From the NCBI GenBank assembly GCA_946965045.2, contig OX337234.1, positions 2,294,001-2,358,000 of the forward strand: a DNA stretch of 64,000 bases, given 5' to 3'. This DNA is from Epithemia pelagica. Lineage: Eukaryota; Protista; Bacillariophyta. Shown here piece by piece: positions 22,106 through 33,129 of the stretch. How positions within the stretch are numbered: the first letter of the stretch is position 1; each line of letters starts with the position of its first letter. The notes beneath the pieces were generated by a model that was not told the DNA's origin, made no database searches, and saw nothing but the letters and a program-made list of their open reading frames with translations. The translations under genes and the position numbers were made by a program.

Positions 22106-24022
22106 CTACATGAGAGCCTCCAAGTCCAACTCCACACATGAGCTCGGGTATTGTATATCAAAGGTAGCAAGCACTTCCGGATGCAACATGCCGAACGTTC
22201 CAATAGGCCTGGGTTCCGGTGCCTCCGGTGTCGAAAGCATGATTGCGGCTGCGCGTCCCGGAAAGTAGGTCCTCGCGTTGGGGTCTTTTTCTCCATCCAC
22301 TGCTTCGATCTTGTACATCCATCCTTCACGGCTAACTCGATACAGTTCTTCCCCCGACCGAAGCACGTCTGTCCCCGCATAGTCAGGATCAGGAGCAATC
22401 TCGGTCAAGGTCATGATACGATCCACCAAGCCATGGATGATTTCAAAACCCGAAGTTGGCCCAGCATATACGGCACACAGGCGTCGGGCATTGCGTGCAC
22501 CGACAATGGTTTCTGCCACCTTGTGCTCACTATCAGGAAGAACTACTTCACTTATTTCAAACACCTTGAAACCAGACGAGAAGGAGGCCGATTTATTGTG
22601 CTGTAGAGTCTTGAGCAAACCGGGCAACAGAGTCGTCCGAACGACTTGGTATTCAACGTTCGCTGGGTTGGAAAGACTGACCGCTTTTGAGATGGGTCGT
22701 TTCAATGCCGTAAAGTTATCATGGATGCTACACAGTCCATGTGTCAGTACTTCAATATACCCTGCACGACCAATCTCTTCGCGCAACAAATCCCCAAACT
22801 GGTTGAGAGTAAACTCGCCACCCACCGTGCTCGTGGTTGGAATCTTTTTGACAATTTTGTTGTACCCGTACGCAATCCCAATATCTTCAGCAATATCGAC
22901 TGGGTGGAGAATGTCACTGCGAGTAGGAGGAACCGTGACGCGCAGAATAGTGTCTCCCTCCAAAAGTTCTGCAGGACCCAGCTGAACCTTGTTACATAGA
23001 GTCTTCATTTCTTCCGCTGAAAGGTTGATTCCAATCAAAGAGTTGCAAAATTCTACCGAGGCTTTCTCTTGACGAGTGGATAGAACTGGCGTTACGTACG
23101 ATGATTCAATCGATCCCGAGGCATCCTCGTACTGGACAGTAACGGGTTCCATAACAAAAGGCTTTTCACAATATTCGCTGAACATGGTAACCATGGTGTC
23201 GAGAACAATGTTTGCCTTGGTTAGATCCGTAGCAGTGCACTCTATAAACACATTTTTAGTGTCGAGCGTAATTTTGCTGTGATTGCCATTGATAATGGGA
23301 GGAAGACTCAGCACAGTATCATTGGAATCGAGAATGACAGGGTATACCGGGCTTTCCTTGATGATTGCAACATACGGCTTGAGGTGCTTGGCAGTAGGAT
23401 CCGTCTCGTAGAATTCCAGTAAATCGTTGGAAACAAATTCTCGATCATCTGGAGTGAGTGGCACAAACTTGATGGTCTTTGGGTCGCGTGCATCGTAGAC
23501 AAAGGGTGGCTTTGTGGAATCTAGATCATGCGTCCCAATGGCCACCAAAGTGCGCTGACGACACAAGTTGCGATGAAGTTGATCCTGCAAATCAATGAAA
23601 GAATTGTAACGTTCTTGGTTGAAGGTGACATTTCGTAGAACCGCGCAAACGACAAAAGGACGGATTTGGTCCGTATTGGGTTTCTTGACCGTCATTGTGT
23701 ACACTGGTTCGCCCGATAGATGATACGTCGGAGCTTCAATGTCGCCGAGAAAAACCCGAAGAGCTCGGCTCAGTCCTTCAACACACAAAAGATCGTATCG
23801 ATTGGCGGGTACATCGATTTTGTATACAACGGCATCAGAATAGGCCTCTAGTTGTTTGGCGGACAAGGTGGATCCACTGCTTTTCTCTGCTTCTTCGCGA
23901 TCTGATGTAATCTCATCTAGCTCCACGCCAAACTCAAAGCAAAGCTCGTCAAACTCTTCGTCTGTATATGTTCGCCCAACATGAGCGAACAAGATTTCCT
24001 TTTCTACGGATAGGGTCGGCAT
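22106..24022 (-). CDS. FARSB: Phenylalanyl-tRNA synthetase beta subunit (cytosolic)
   Basis: MPTLSV, FDELCFEFGVELD, IDVPANRYDLLCVEG, AIGTHDLD, VPPTRSDILHPVDIAED, RTTLLPGLLKT. Confidence 0.95.
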   Translation of the reverse strand: MPTLSVEKEILFAHVGRTYTDEEFDELCFEFGVELDEITSDREEAEKSSGSTLSAKQLEAYSDAVVYKIDVPANRYDLLCVEGLSRALRVFLGDIEAPTYHLSGEPVYTMTVKKPNTDQIRPFVVCAVLRNVTFNQERYNSFIDLQDQLHRNLCRQRTLVAIGTHDLDSTKPPFVYDARDPKTIKFVPLTPDDREFVSNDLLEFYETDPTAKHLKPYVAIIKESPVYPVILDSNDTVLSLPPIINGNHSKITLDTKNVFIECTATDLTKANIVLDTMVTMFSEYCEKPFVMEPVTVQYEDASGSIESSYVTPVLSTRQEKASVEFCNSLIGINLSAEEMKTLCNKVQLGPAELLEGDTILRVTVPPTRSDILHPVDIAEDIGIAYGYNKIVKKIPTTSTVGGEFTLNQFGDLLREEIGRAGYIEVLTHGLCSIHDNFTALKRPISKAVSLSNPANVEYQVVRTTLLPGLLKTLQHNKSASFSSGFKVFEISEVVLPDSEHKVAETIVGARNARRLCAVYAGPTSGFEIIHGLVDRIMTLTEIAPDPDYAGTDVLRSGEELYRVSREGWMYKIEAVDGEKDPNARTYFPGRAAAIMLSTPEAPEPRPIGTFGMLHPEVLATFDIQYPSSCVELDLEALM

Positions 24023-24190
24023 GGTCTACCAGATCAACAACGCTGTATACCTGGATGACAAACGACACACGACACCACACAAAAGAGCAAAAGTGCAAGT
24101 CCGCGTTTGGGCCCAAAGATACGCACTGCAGTCCTCCGGTTCTGTCTTCGTCCGTCAGACGTGTCGGGCGTCGTACAGACGACATCAGAC

Positions 24191-24218
24191 CTCGCAACTC
24201 GCAACTCGCAACTCGCAA
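24191..24218 (+). repeat. Tandem heptamer (CTCGCAA)4
   Basis: ctcgcaactcgcaactcgcaactcgcaa, about 170 bp upstream of the FARSB start. Confidence 0.85.
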
Positions 24219-24692
24219 TGGTGAAGAGTTGCCGTCCATCAGGTCGAGATCCATGCTGCATTGTATTCACCTATCCAGACAGAACTCTGTTCAAACGTGC
24301 ACTACGCCCAGTGCAACTACAGCTCGTAGGAGTGCAGATTCTCCTCACACTCTGCAAACAAAAGAGGGTTGTGCAGATCCGTGTCTACCCAGCTCATCTT
24401 TATCTCGGAACACCTGTTTTGAGAGCAAACGTAGTCTCATGCAGACGACTCTAGATATCGTCAAAGTCATCATCATCGTCCTCATCAGCCCCGTTGTCAT
24501 AGAAGAAATTATTCCCGGCTTTCTTCTGCTCTGAATCCTTTTGAGAGCCTTTTTCTACAGGTTTACATGAAAATCGACAAAACAACAACAGTCAGGCAAG
24601 AAGTGGAAACCTAATTTAACGTATTTGCAAATTGGACAAAACCAACATCAGCAAGGGAGGCGACAAAACCGCAACGAAGAAGAGGAAAAGCC

Positions 24693-25598
24693 ATGAATGT
24701 CGCGACTCTTTCACATTTTGAGAGTGTGAAAGGGACTGAGGCAAAAAAAGAAGACGAGGACTCCGCCACTGTCTACTCTATCTATTCCAACGCAACGACA
24801 GTGAAAATGAACAATCGTTCAGGGATTTTTTCTGGGCCGACAGTACCCAATGACGATCAACGTCGTCGTATCATTGCACGAGAAATCCAGCGTGTGATGG
24901 TCGATCAACAGCTCTCCGATCTCCGTCGCTCACTTGGAGATGACACATCGATAATGAACTTTTTCACAGACCGGGATGCACGATTTCCATCCAATGCCAA
25001 CAACAACGAAATCGTAAGCCTTGTATTTGAGTATTGTTTCGAGAGTACTGTTCCCGCTGCTACTGCCGTGGAGAATGCTCCTACCGCAGGTGCAGAGGCA
25101 GCTTCCCCTGGTAATGATATTGACAGCGAATCTTCCAAAACCACAAGCACATTGAGCTCGAAGTTTGCCAACGTCCCCACTGGAAATCTTGTTGACACGA
25201 CACCCGGGAACTTTTCCGTTTCGGCTTCGGTTGCTCGCCGTGCTGACGAATCCGCAGCTTCTGTTCCTGTGATCGATCCTGGTGAGACACCTACTCGACA
25301 AACTGTCGTTGAGCAAGTTCGATCCGGGGTTGCCGTGCTTGGTTTGAACACAAACAACAACCCTCCATCAATTTCAACAGCTGCTGCTGCAGCTGCTGCT
25401 CCTCCTGCCTTGGCGGAAGAAACTTTGGACGGTGGCGACTGCCGCACTTCCCTTAGACGTCCCATCGATATATATCCACGTGATGGTGATGGCGGTGACT
25501 CGTTGCGCACGGAAGACCTGACGTCAACGCAGGCACTCACTGATTCTGGAACTACTACTACTTGTAGCAAAAATGAAGGAGACGACGAGTCCAAATGA
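24693..25598 (+). CDS. Hypothetical low-complexity protein
   Basis: 301-aa ORF, S/T/A-rich, no recognisable domain. Confidence 0.5.
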   Translation: MNVATLSHFESVKGTEAKKEDEDSATVYSIYSNATTVKMNNRSGIFSGPTVPNDDQRRRIIAREIQRVMVDQQLSDLRRSLGDDTSIMNFFTDRDARFPSNANNNEIVSLVFEYCFESTVPAATAVENAPTAGAEAASPGNDIDSESSKTTSTLSSKFANVPTGNLVDTTPGNFSVSASVARRADESAASVPVIDPGETPTRQTVVEQVRSGVAVLGLNTNNNPPSISTAAAAAAAPPALAEETLDGGDCRTSLRRPIDIYPRDGDGGDSLRTEDLTSTQALTDSGTTTTCSKNEGDDESK

Positions 25599-26603
25599 AA
25601 ACAACTAAACACATGAGGAGTACTTTTTGAGTCTCATTAGGAAGAACTCATGGTCGTGGTAATCTGAGTGTAAGAAGGATCATCTACTCTACCCGCCTTA
25701 TGAACAAATTCGTTCTCAAAAGAAAAGATCGACATCACGAAATTATTATGTGCAACTCTAGCCATCTTTCTGAGGTGAAAGGAACATGAACTTTGGTTCA
25801 AGAAGAACGGAAGCAACCTCAATTTTCGGTCTCTGCAGTATCCTTCTAAGTCGACGGCACGATGGCATGTCCAGGGCCGTCGCATTATTCGAGTCGTTTT
25901 TTGTAGTTTTGCCATTTGCTGCGTGGACTGGTCGTGTCACTTGAGAACAGAGACCATGGGCAGCTGATAACACTCCCCACTGACCGTCCGTCTCAAGCAG
26001 AATCCTGGTTCATGTCAAGCGTCGAGCAAAGCGATTATTCGATGACGGATTACACATGGAATATTCAAAACTGTTGAAAATTCAGGTTCCTCTGACCGTC
26101 CGTTCGACTTTCATCAGAGGACGCATTATTATGTTGATCATCGAAGGTATTCGTGTTTGCTTGGTTTGTCCAAGGCCACAAACTCCCGCCGTGGGGCCGT
26201 CCGTGAATCTTGAATCTTCAAAAGATTCAGGGGTTTTCGACTATTGCCCTGTCAGATGTCGCAGAAGTATAATATAAGATTCTGAAATGCGACGTAAACA
26301 AATAAGCCCTTCGAATTGGACTTCTCCTTCAAGGAGCTTAGTGTACGATTATTATTATTGCTGAGGAGAGAGTGTCCATTTCGCTCTTTGCCAGCTGTGG
26401 CCAGTGGACAATGGGCAGTATATCAGCAAGCGGGGCAATCGACACACTTGGCTTCGGATTCACCGTACAATATAGTCTGTTGATTGAGACCAACAAAAAT
26501 CCCGGTTGCGAGTTGTGAGTGACTACAAAGGAAAAGTGCTGCTTCTGCAAATCTTTGTCGCCACCACCAAAGAGCAGATCGTAAGATCGGGTTGCTATCA
26601 ACC

Positions 26604-28356
26604 ATGGGATGTACAACCTCACAGGATGCTGTGGCTACCAAACGCCCAGTTACGGCGGTTGGTCAAACTGAGCGAATGGTAACGCGAGCCAAGAGAGCAA
26701 AGGCGAAAGAAAGCAGGCTTAGTGATTCTGTGCGCTCAAATACATCTCGTCTATCCAATGGATCGCGCCCTTTCAAGAAAGAAGCACCCGATCCCCCAAA
26801 GCCACCACCGAAGTTAGATGAAAGTGGTCACTTAATGCCAGACGAAGTCGTCAGAAGATCCATGTCGTCGGTTACTTCAAAGAGACTAGAACTGGGGACA
26901 CCAGAGCATCCAATATTCATTGAAGTGAGTCCATCGTCGGTCTCTCGTGTCGCCTGATTTTGGAATGCGTTCTGATATAAACTTTATTTCTTTATTGTTC
27001 CTCCAATTTTCCAGTACGCTCACTGGACACAACGTGGATACTACCCGGACGACCCACACAAAGAGAATCAGGATGAATTTTCAATTTCAACGGAGTTTGC
27101 GGGTGGAGATCGTGATGCCATGTTCGCTGTGTATGACGGTCACGGTAAAAAAGGTCATGATTGCGCTAGCTTTGCGAAAAAGAAGCTACCATCTACCGTA
27201 GCCAAGGAGATTCGCCAGGCCAGAGTGAACAAGTACAAGGCTGCTCTGAAACGAGACAAAGTTCCCCTCAAAGGCGTCAAACTTTTTTATCCCCCGAAAT
27301 GGCCTAAACTGAATGCAGACGAGTACAAAATATGCTGCGTAAAGGGCTTCATTGAAACCAACAGAAATCTTCACAAATCTGAGGTAAGGTTCGTTGCTCC
27401 TTCTCTAGATATGATGGATCTTGTCTTGACTAAGCACAGGTACTTTTCGTTAATGCACCTAATTCGTGATTACGTGCGGTCTTTTCCAGGTCGAGGACAA
27501 CATTAGTGGGACGACGGCAATCACAGCGAGTTTTCATGACTCACTACTCACCGTTTGTAATGTTGGAGACAGTCGCGCTGTTCTGGGACACGAGGTTGGG
27601 TTCCATGTAAATGGCACCACTAATGGGGTTGCAAATAGCGCTGGTGAAGAATCAAAGCAAGAGATCGGGGACGAAGAAGTAAAAACAACCCCATCTAAGA
27701 AGCAAAAAGAATTTCCTAAAGAGGGATCTCTGTTGGCCATCCCTCTCTCTCGTGATCAGACGCCTTACCGCAAAGACGAAAGAGAACGCGTAAAGTTAAA
27801 AGGCGCCGCTATCATGTCCATAGATCAAATTGAAGGTAAAGAAGAAATGCACGAGAACTGGGGCGATATGGTTCTCGGAGAAGACGTGGACATTCGCGGA
27901 GATCCCCCTCGAGTATGGGTAGAGGGAAAAGACTATCCAGGTACAGCTTTTACTCGATCGATTGGAGATTCGATGGCAGAGTCAATTGGTGTCACGGCGG
28001 AACCTGAAACATTGACACGGACAGTTACCTGCAATGACCATTTGCTTGTTATTGCGTCCGATGGTATTTTTGAGTTCTTGACCAACCAGGAGGTTATTGA
28101 TCTTTGTGCCAAATGTTCATCGCCAATTATTGCTTGTGAAAAGCTTGTTAAGGAGGCGTATAACAAATGGTTGGTCTACGAAGATCGCACGGACGATATA
28201 ACAGTTATTGTTTGTTTTCTGACCGTTGATATGAGGCCGGATGGACGAGAAGGCACGACAGAGGATCTGGTCGAGTTGGCTCAATCAATGTATGGAAACA
28301 AACCGGTACGAAAATCTCGCGGAGCGCAAGACAACCTTACAGCCGCTGCTGAATGA
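26604..28356 (+). CDS. PP2C/PPM protein phosphatase, probably N-myristoylated; exons 26604-26924, 27015-27383, 27490-28356
   Basis: MGCTTS start; RGYYPDDPHKENQD, FAVYDGHG, NVGDSRAV, FTRSIGD, IASDGIFEF, RTDDIT. Confidence 0.92.
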
Positions 28357-28999
28357 GACCAAACCGTATATTTCCGCAAGGAAAGCATCTGGCAGCTGGG
28401 TGGTCTGTGTCAAATCACTTACAATCTACGAGCCGATTCATTTCATTCCATTGAATCCTTTGGGCAGTGTAATACTTGTGTTTGGACGTAGGTGCGGTGT
28501 GCTTTTGTTCCTTTCAGTGTCAATTTATAAAGCGTACGATGTATGGTTTTATAGCCTCGTGAACACACGATTTCCAAAGAGTATGAATATCACGGACACC
28601 TCTCCCTCTCCCCATCGATACTACCTAGTTGCACTACGAGTCATGATGAACGAAAATGTGGGATCTTTAATTTAATCGGGATCATTGCCGGAAGAAGTAT
28701 TTGTGGATGCCACCGCCGTAGGGCTTCTGGACAAAGCGTGGATGTATTAGCATCTGTACAAACTTTGAAAAGGGTGTGCGTATAGTTTCCGCTACCTTGC
28801 ATTACGAGAGGGTTACTACTCTACTAGAGGAGTAAAAGCGTGGGGTAGAGGTGCGGTGCAATATCGGAGTCCCGGATTACAATAACGCGCATTCAGTCCC
28901 TCGTAAACGCGACTGCGCATGGGCAGAATACGTACTGACTTCATCCATCCATCACCATCAGATTTCAGATTTCAGAAGAACTGTCGAACACAACACATC

Positions 29000-30330
29000 A
29001 TGAGGGAAATAAGATTGACATGTACTCTGTTGACACTGATCTCGACACTAGCCCATGCTTTATTGCATCCACTAGTGCAGCATGGGTCAAGGATTTTGAT
29101 TTCGAATGAGGCTTCTCTCCGTACTGCCCGTCGAAATGGTTGTTCGGCACTTTCCATGGCGCTCGACGACTCCATGATGTCTCGGCTGGAAAATATCCGG
29201 CGTTCTTACATGGCGTTGACTGAGCGTCTGGCTGATCCAGACGTTTTTGCTGATTCCAACTTGCTGATGAAGGTCATGTCTGACCGATCGCAATCAGAGG
29301 AAGTTGTCAACACGTACGAAACGTACAAGAAACTTCTTGACGAGTTGGAGGAAGCCAAAGTGTTGTTTCAAGACGCTGGTGACGATCAAGAACTAAAAGA
29401 AATGGCCCGAGAGGAAATTAAAACGATTGAGCCACAACTGGAGGACCTTGAGGACAAAATCAAGATCTTGTTGTTGCCAAAGGACCCCAACGACAATCGT
29501 AATATCATGTTGGAAATCAGGGCAGGAACTGGTGGCTCGGAAGCCAGTATTTTTGCCGGAGATCTGCTGGATGTTTACCGGAAATATATCAATACTCTCG
29601 GATGGCAAGCGTCTGTGATCGACTCATCTGCTGGTGACGACGGGGGATACAAAAATGTGGTAATGGAAGTGAAAGGCGATAGTGTATACTCTCGAATGAA
29701 ATGGGAAGCCGGTGTACATCGAGTTCAAAGGGTAAGATTCGATCTCTCAACCAAAAGTAAACAAAATGAATGGTCGTTTACTCAATGCTTGTTCTTTTGC
29801 AGGTTCCAGCGACGGAATCGCAGGGTCGTGTACACACATCCACGGCCACGGTAGCCATTATGCCCGAATGTGACGAGGTCGATGTGAAAATCGACCAAAA
29901 GGACTTGGAAATATCAACAATGAGATCCGGTGGTGCAGGAGGGCAGAACGTCAACAAAGTAGAAACAGCAGTGGATCTTTTGCACAAACCAACCGGAATC
30001 CGAATCAAATGTACGCAGGAGCGATCTCAATTGAAAAATAAAGAATTGGCAATGAAAATGCTCATGTCAAAGCTCTACGACATTGAAAATGAGAAACGGG
30101 AGATGGAAGAACGTGCACGTCGCGGGTCTCAGGTTGGTACCGGGGGGAGATCGGAGAAAATTCGAACCTACAATTGGAAAGATTCCAGATGCAGTGATCA
30201 TAGACTGGGACAAAACTATCCTCTCCAACAGTTCTTGAATGGAGATCTTGCAAATATGCACGATGAAATGATTGCCAAAGATCAAGAGGAATTGCTCAGG
30301 GAACTCAGCGAAGAGAAAACGGCAGTTTAG
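29000..30330 (+). CDS. prfA: Organellar (plastid-type) peptide chain release factor 1; intron 29732-29802
   Basis: [20 protein letters not shown]|[16 protein letters not shown], catalytic GGQ in [27 protein letters not shown]; signal-like N-terminus. Confidence 0.92.
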
Positions 30331-30478
30331 AGAAAACGTCAGAGACGCACCCACGAGAGGCTTCCGCTACATCAGCTTCCGCTCTTTTGCGTTCCGTTTA
30401 AGCTAGGTATGATTTATATGTTCTCTTGGCTTTGCATCAACGTAATAATGAAAGAACACAATTGTGTTTCATGCAAGT

Positions 30479-30975
30479 CTAGTTCGTCGCCATAGCCGAA
30501 CCCAGGTTTACAGCATCACCACCAAAGTAATCTTTGAACTTGGGGTTGTGTTGAACTTGAATCATTTGATTGTATATCCCCATATCCATGTCAGCAGACA
30601 ACTCCCTGGCAACAAATAACTATGATCAAGCAACACGAAACAAATAGGATCAGAAGACAGGACCCGTGCGGGGACACTTGAGCTTTCAATCCGCGTTGAA
30701 CTAGGAACACCCACCTGAAAGTCCCCAGTCTCTGTAACTTGTCCGATCGACTCGAAGCACATATCAGGTCGATCAACCAAGTTTTCAGGAGGCTCTGCCT
30801 GTTCCAATGATACCTTGACGCGTCCTTGGTCACAGCAAACAAAGTCTATGCAGCCATCTTCGGCGGGTGATGTCGAAGCAAACTTTCCAACCAGACTCAC
30901 GATCATGCTGTTGAACTTTCCAGATTTCATCATAGAAGCGTTCAAGCGGGGGTATCCACCGTCTGGTTGCGTCAT
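30479..30975 (-). CDS. RPA3: Replication protein A 14-kDa subunit; intron 30620-30713
   Basis: YPRLNASMM..IVSLVGKF..CDQGRVKV..FESIGQV; spliced exon 2 LFVARELSADMDMGIYNQMI. Confidence 0.8.
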
Positions 30976-31126
30976 GGTGAAGAAGGTATTAAAGGCGGAT
31001 GGAATTTCTCTGATTCTGCGATTTATCGACAACAAAAGAAGGACCAAACTTTCCCGCCAAAAATGATGGGTCGCGTATTAGACGCGTAACGTTTTACACC
31101 AATTTGCTACGATCACACAGTTCACC

Positions 31127-32902
31127 ATGGAGATGCAGGGCAAAGCAAGCAACAATGGAGGGAGAAAGGGAAGCATGATAAGCCGAGAAGAAATGACGGC
31201 CATGTTGGGAGGTGGATTTTCGGAAGCTTTGTTGCGTTCGACAACGACAAACTCATCCAAGACGACTTCCAAGTTGACCGGTCGCAATGGGAAACCAGAC
31301 TTCTCCTCCATGACAACACAAGAAACGGCCGCCTTTCTCAAACAACAACAAGAAAAGAATCATGCATCTGGATCACAGTCAACGAAAGGTTTAGCGCCCC
31401 ACAGACATCGTCAGCACCGGTCAAACAAAGTGAGAGAATATCAGTTGTTGGCCCATGAGTCATCCACCGCTACTGGCCAATCAAACGAATCAGTTTCACG
31501 GCGAGATGATGCGGACCACAAGGTTTTGCCTTCCAAGCAAGAAAATTTGGAGAATGAGAAAGGGAGAGCATCGGATGATAGTTCGACATCGAGCAACGAA
31601 TGGGAATCGTCGAAGCGCAGGCATCGAAACGAGCGCCACCGCCCAAGAGAACAGGAGACGGCTATGCAGCGTCGGAGACCTCGAGTAGACAGCAGTAGCA
31701 GTGAAAGCAGCAATAGTGATGTCGATAGTCTTGGAAATCACCGCCAGAATCGGAACGATGTCACTGCGCAAGGACGGAGGCAATATCATGATTCAAGTGA
31801 TGGTGACAGCGAGAGCGATACGGAGACTGATCAACGACGACAACGCATACTACAGCAACGACGACTCAAGCAAAACCAGAATCTGAATGACTCTAAATTT
31901 GGGCATGCAGAGTCTCATGCTGTTGAAAAGAAGGAAGCCGTGTCTGAAATTGAAAAACCGTCAGATGCGCCTTTACCCTCAACTCTATCCCCAAAGAGAA
32001 TAGATAAGGAGGAAAACGAAGCCAGGGTTGGAGCTAGTGCCGAAAGTAGCAGCAGTGACAATGGGAGTAGCGAAAGCAGTAGTAGTAGTGACAGCAGCAG
32101 TGAGGAAGAAGAGGTTCCGGTTAAAGCAAAAAGACCGGTTTTCGTGCCTCGCCACTTACGCGGCCTTCGGAACACCATTGAGAAAGAAGAGCATGATGAA
32201 GAGGAGCGTTGGAAGAAAGAACAGGAACGCCAAGCCAAACGAGTACAAGAATCTCGAGCATTGGTCCAGCAGGTTGTGTCAGCCAAAGCACCGTTGTCAG
32301 GTGACAACAACGCCCCACGCGACATTGACCAGACGGAGACCGTTGTAACTGACGATGAAGAAGAACTGAACAGCAAAGAAGCCATTGATGCTTGGGAAGT
32401 TCGAGAACTCGTTCGGTTACTTCAGGACTGGGAACTGGAACAAGAGATGAAACAGCAAGAACGTGAGTTGAGACGTCGGCGTAACATGACTGAAGAAGAG
32501 AAGTTTCAGGAAGATGTTGCGACAGGACGGTACCAGCAACCTGGTCAAAATAGGAAACGACCATTGAATGGTGAGGGGACACAAAGCAACTCAATCTCGC
32601 AGCAACACGGAAAGCGCTATTATCACCGCGGAGCGTTTTATATGGACGATGAAGAATGGCAAGGAGCGGATGATGTTCGACATCGTGCGGGCGATTACGC
32701 CAGGGCCGCAACGGAAAGCGACCGTGCCGCAACCGCAAATATGCCGCAAATCATGAAACAGTCAAAAGCAGGACAATTTGGACGAGCGAATCAATCAAAA
32801 TGGCGTGGTTTGAAGGCAGAGGATACGACAGATCGGTCTTCTCACATGCTTTTGCTACCTCAGCAACAAAAGCATCGACAAAGGCGCGACAATCAAGGAT
32901 GA
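31127..32902 (+). CDS. MFAP1: Microfibrillar-associated protein 1 / Spp381-like splicing factor
   Basis: KRPVFVPRHLR, WEVRELVRL, RRNMTEEE, RYYHRGAFYMD, MPQIM..FGRANQSKW. Confidence 0.85.
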   Translation: MEMQGKASNNGGRKGSMISREEMTAMLGGGFSEALLRSTTTNSSKTTSKLTGRNGKPDFSSMTTQETAAFLKQQQEKNHASGSQSTKGLAPHRHRQHRSNKVREYQLLAHESSTATGQSNESVSRRDDADHKVLPSKQENLENEKGRASDDSSTSSNEWESSKRRHRNERHRPREQETAMQRRRPRVDSSSSESSNSDVDSLGNHRQNRNDVTAQGRRQYHDSSDGDSESDTETDQRRQRILQQRRLKQNQNLNDSKFGHAESHAVEKKEAVSEIEKPSDAPLPSTLSPKRIDKEENEARVGASAESSSSDNGSSESSSSSDSSSEEEEVPVKAKRPVFVPRHLRGLRNTIEKEEHDEEERWKKEQERQAKRVQESRALVQQVVSAKAPLSGDNNAPRDIDQTETVVTDDEEELNSKEAIDAWEVRELVRLLQDWELEQEMKQQERELRRRRNMTEEEKFQEDVATGRYQQPGQNRKRPLNGEGTQSNSISQQHGKRYYHRGAFYMDDEEWQGADDVRHRAGDYARAATESDRAATANMPQIMKQSKAGQFGRANQSKWRGLKAEDTTDRSSHMLLLPQQQKHRQRRDNQG

Positions 32903-33129
32903 ACTATCCGTTTAGTTTTCCGGGTGATTCTGGTTTACTTTGACTGTCAAGATAGATTCGTCATGAATGAGATTGTCACCTATAACGATATGTTACAGCA
33001 GCCTCCGCATTCGCTGAGTCATCACACAGGCGAGCAGAGACTTGACAATGGGTCGACAGTCTTATCGCGAAAAAAAGGTAGAGAGGTGACAGCTCTCACG
33101 CCATAAAGACTAAGTAAATAAAACTGGCT

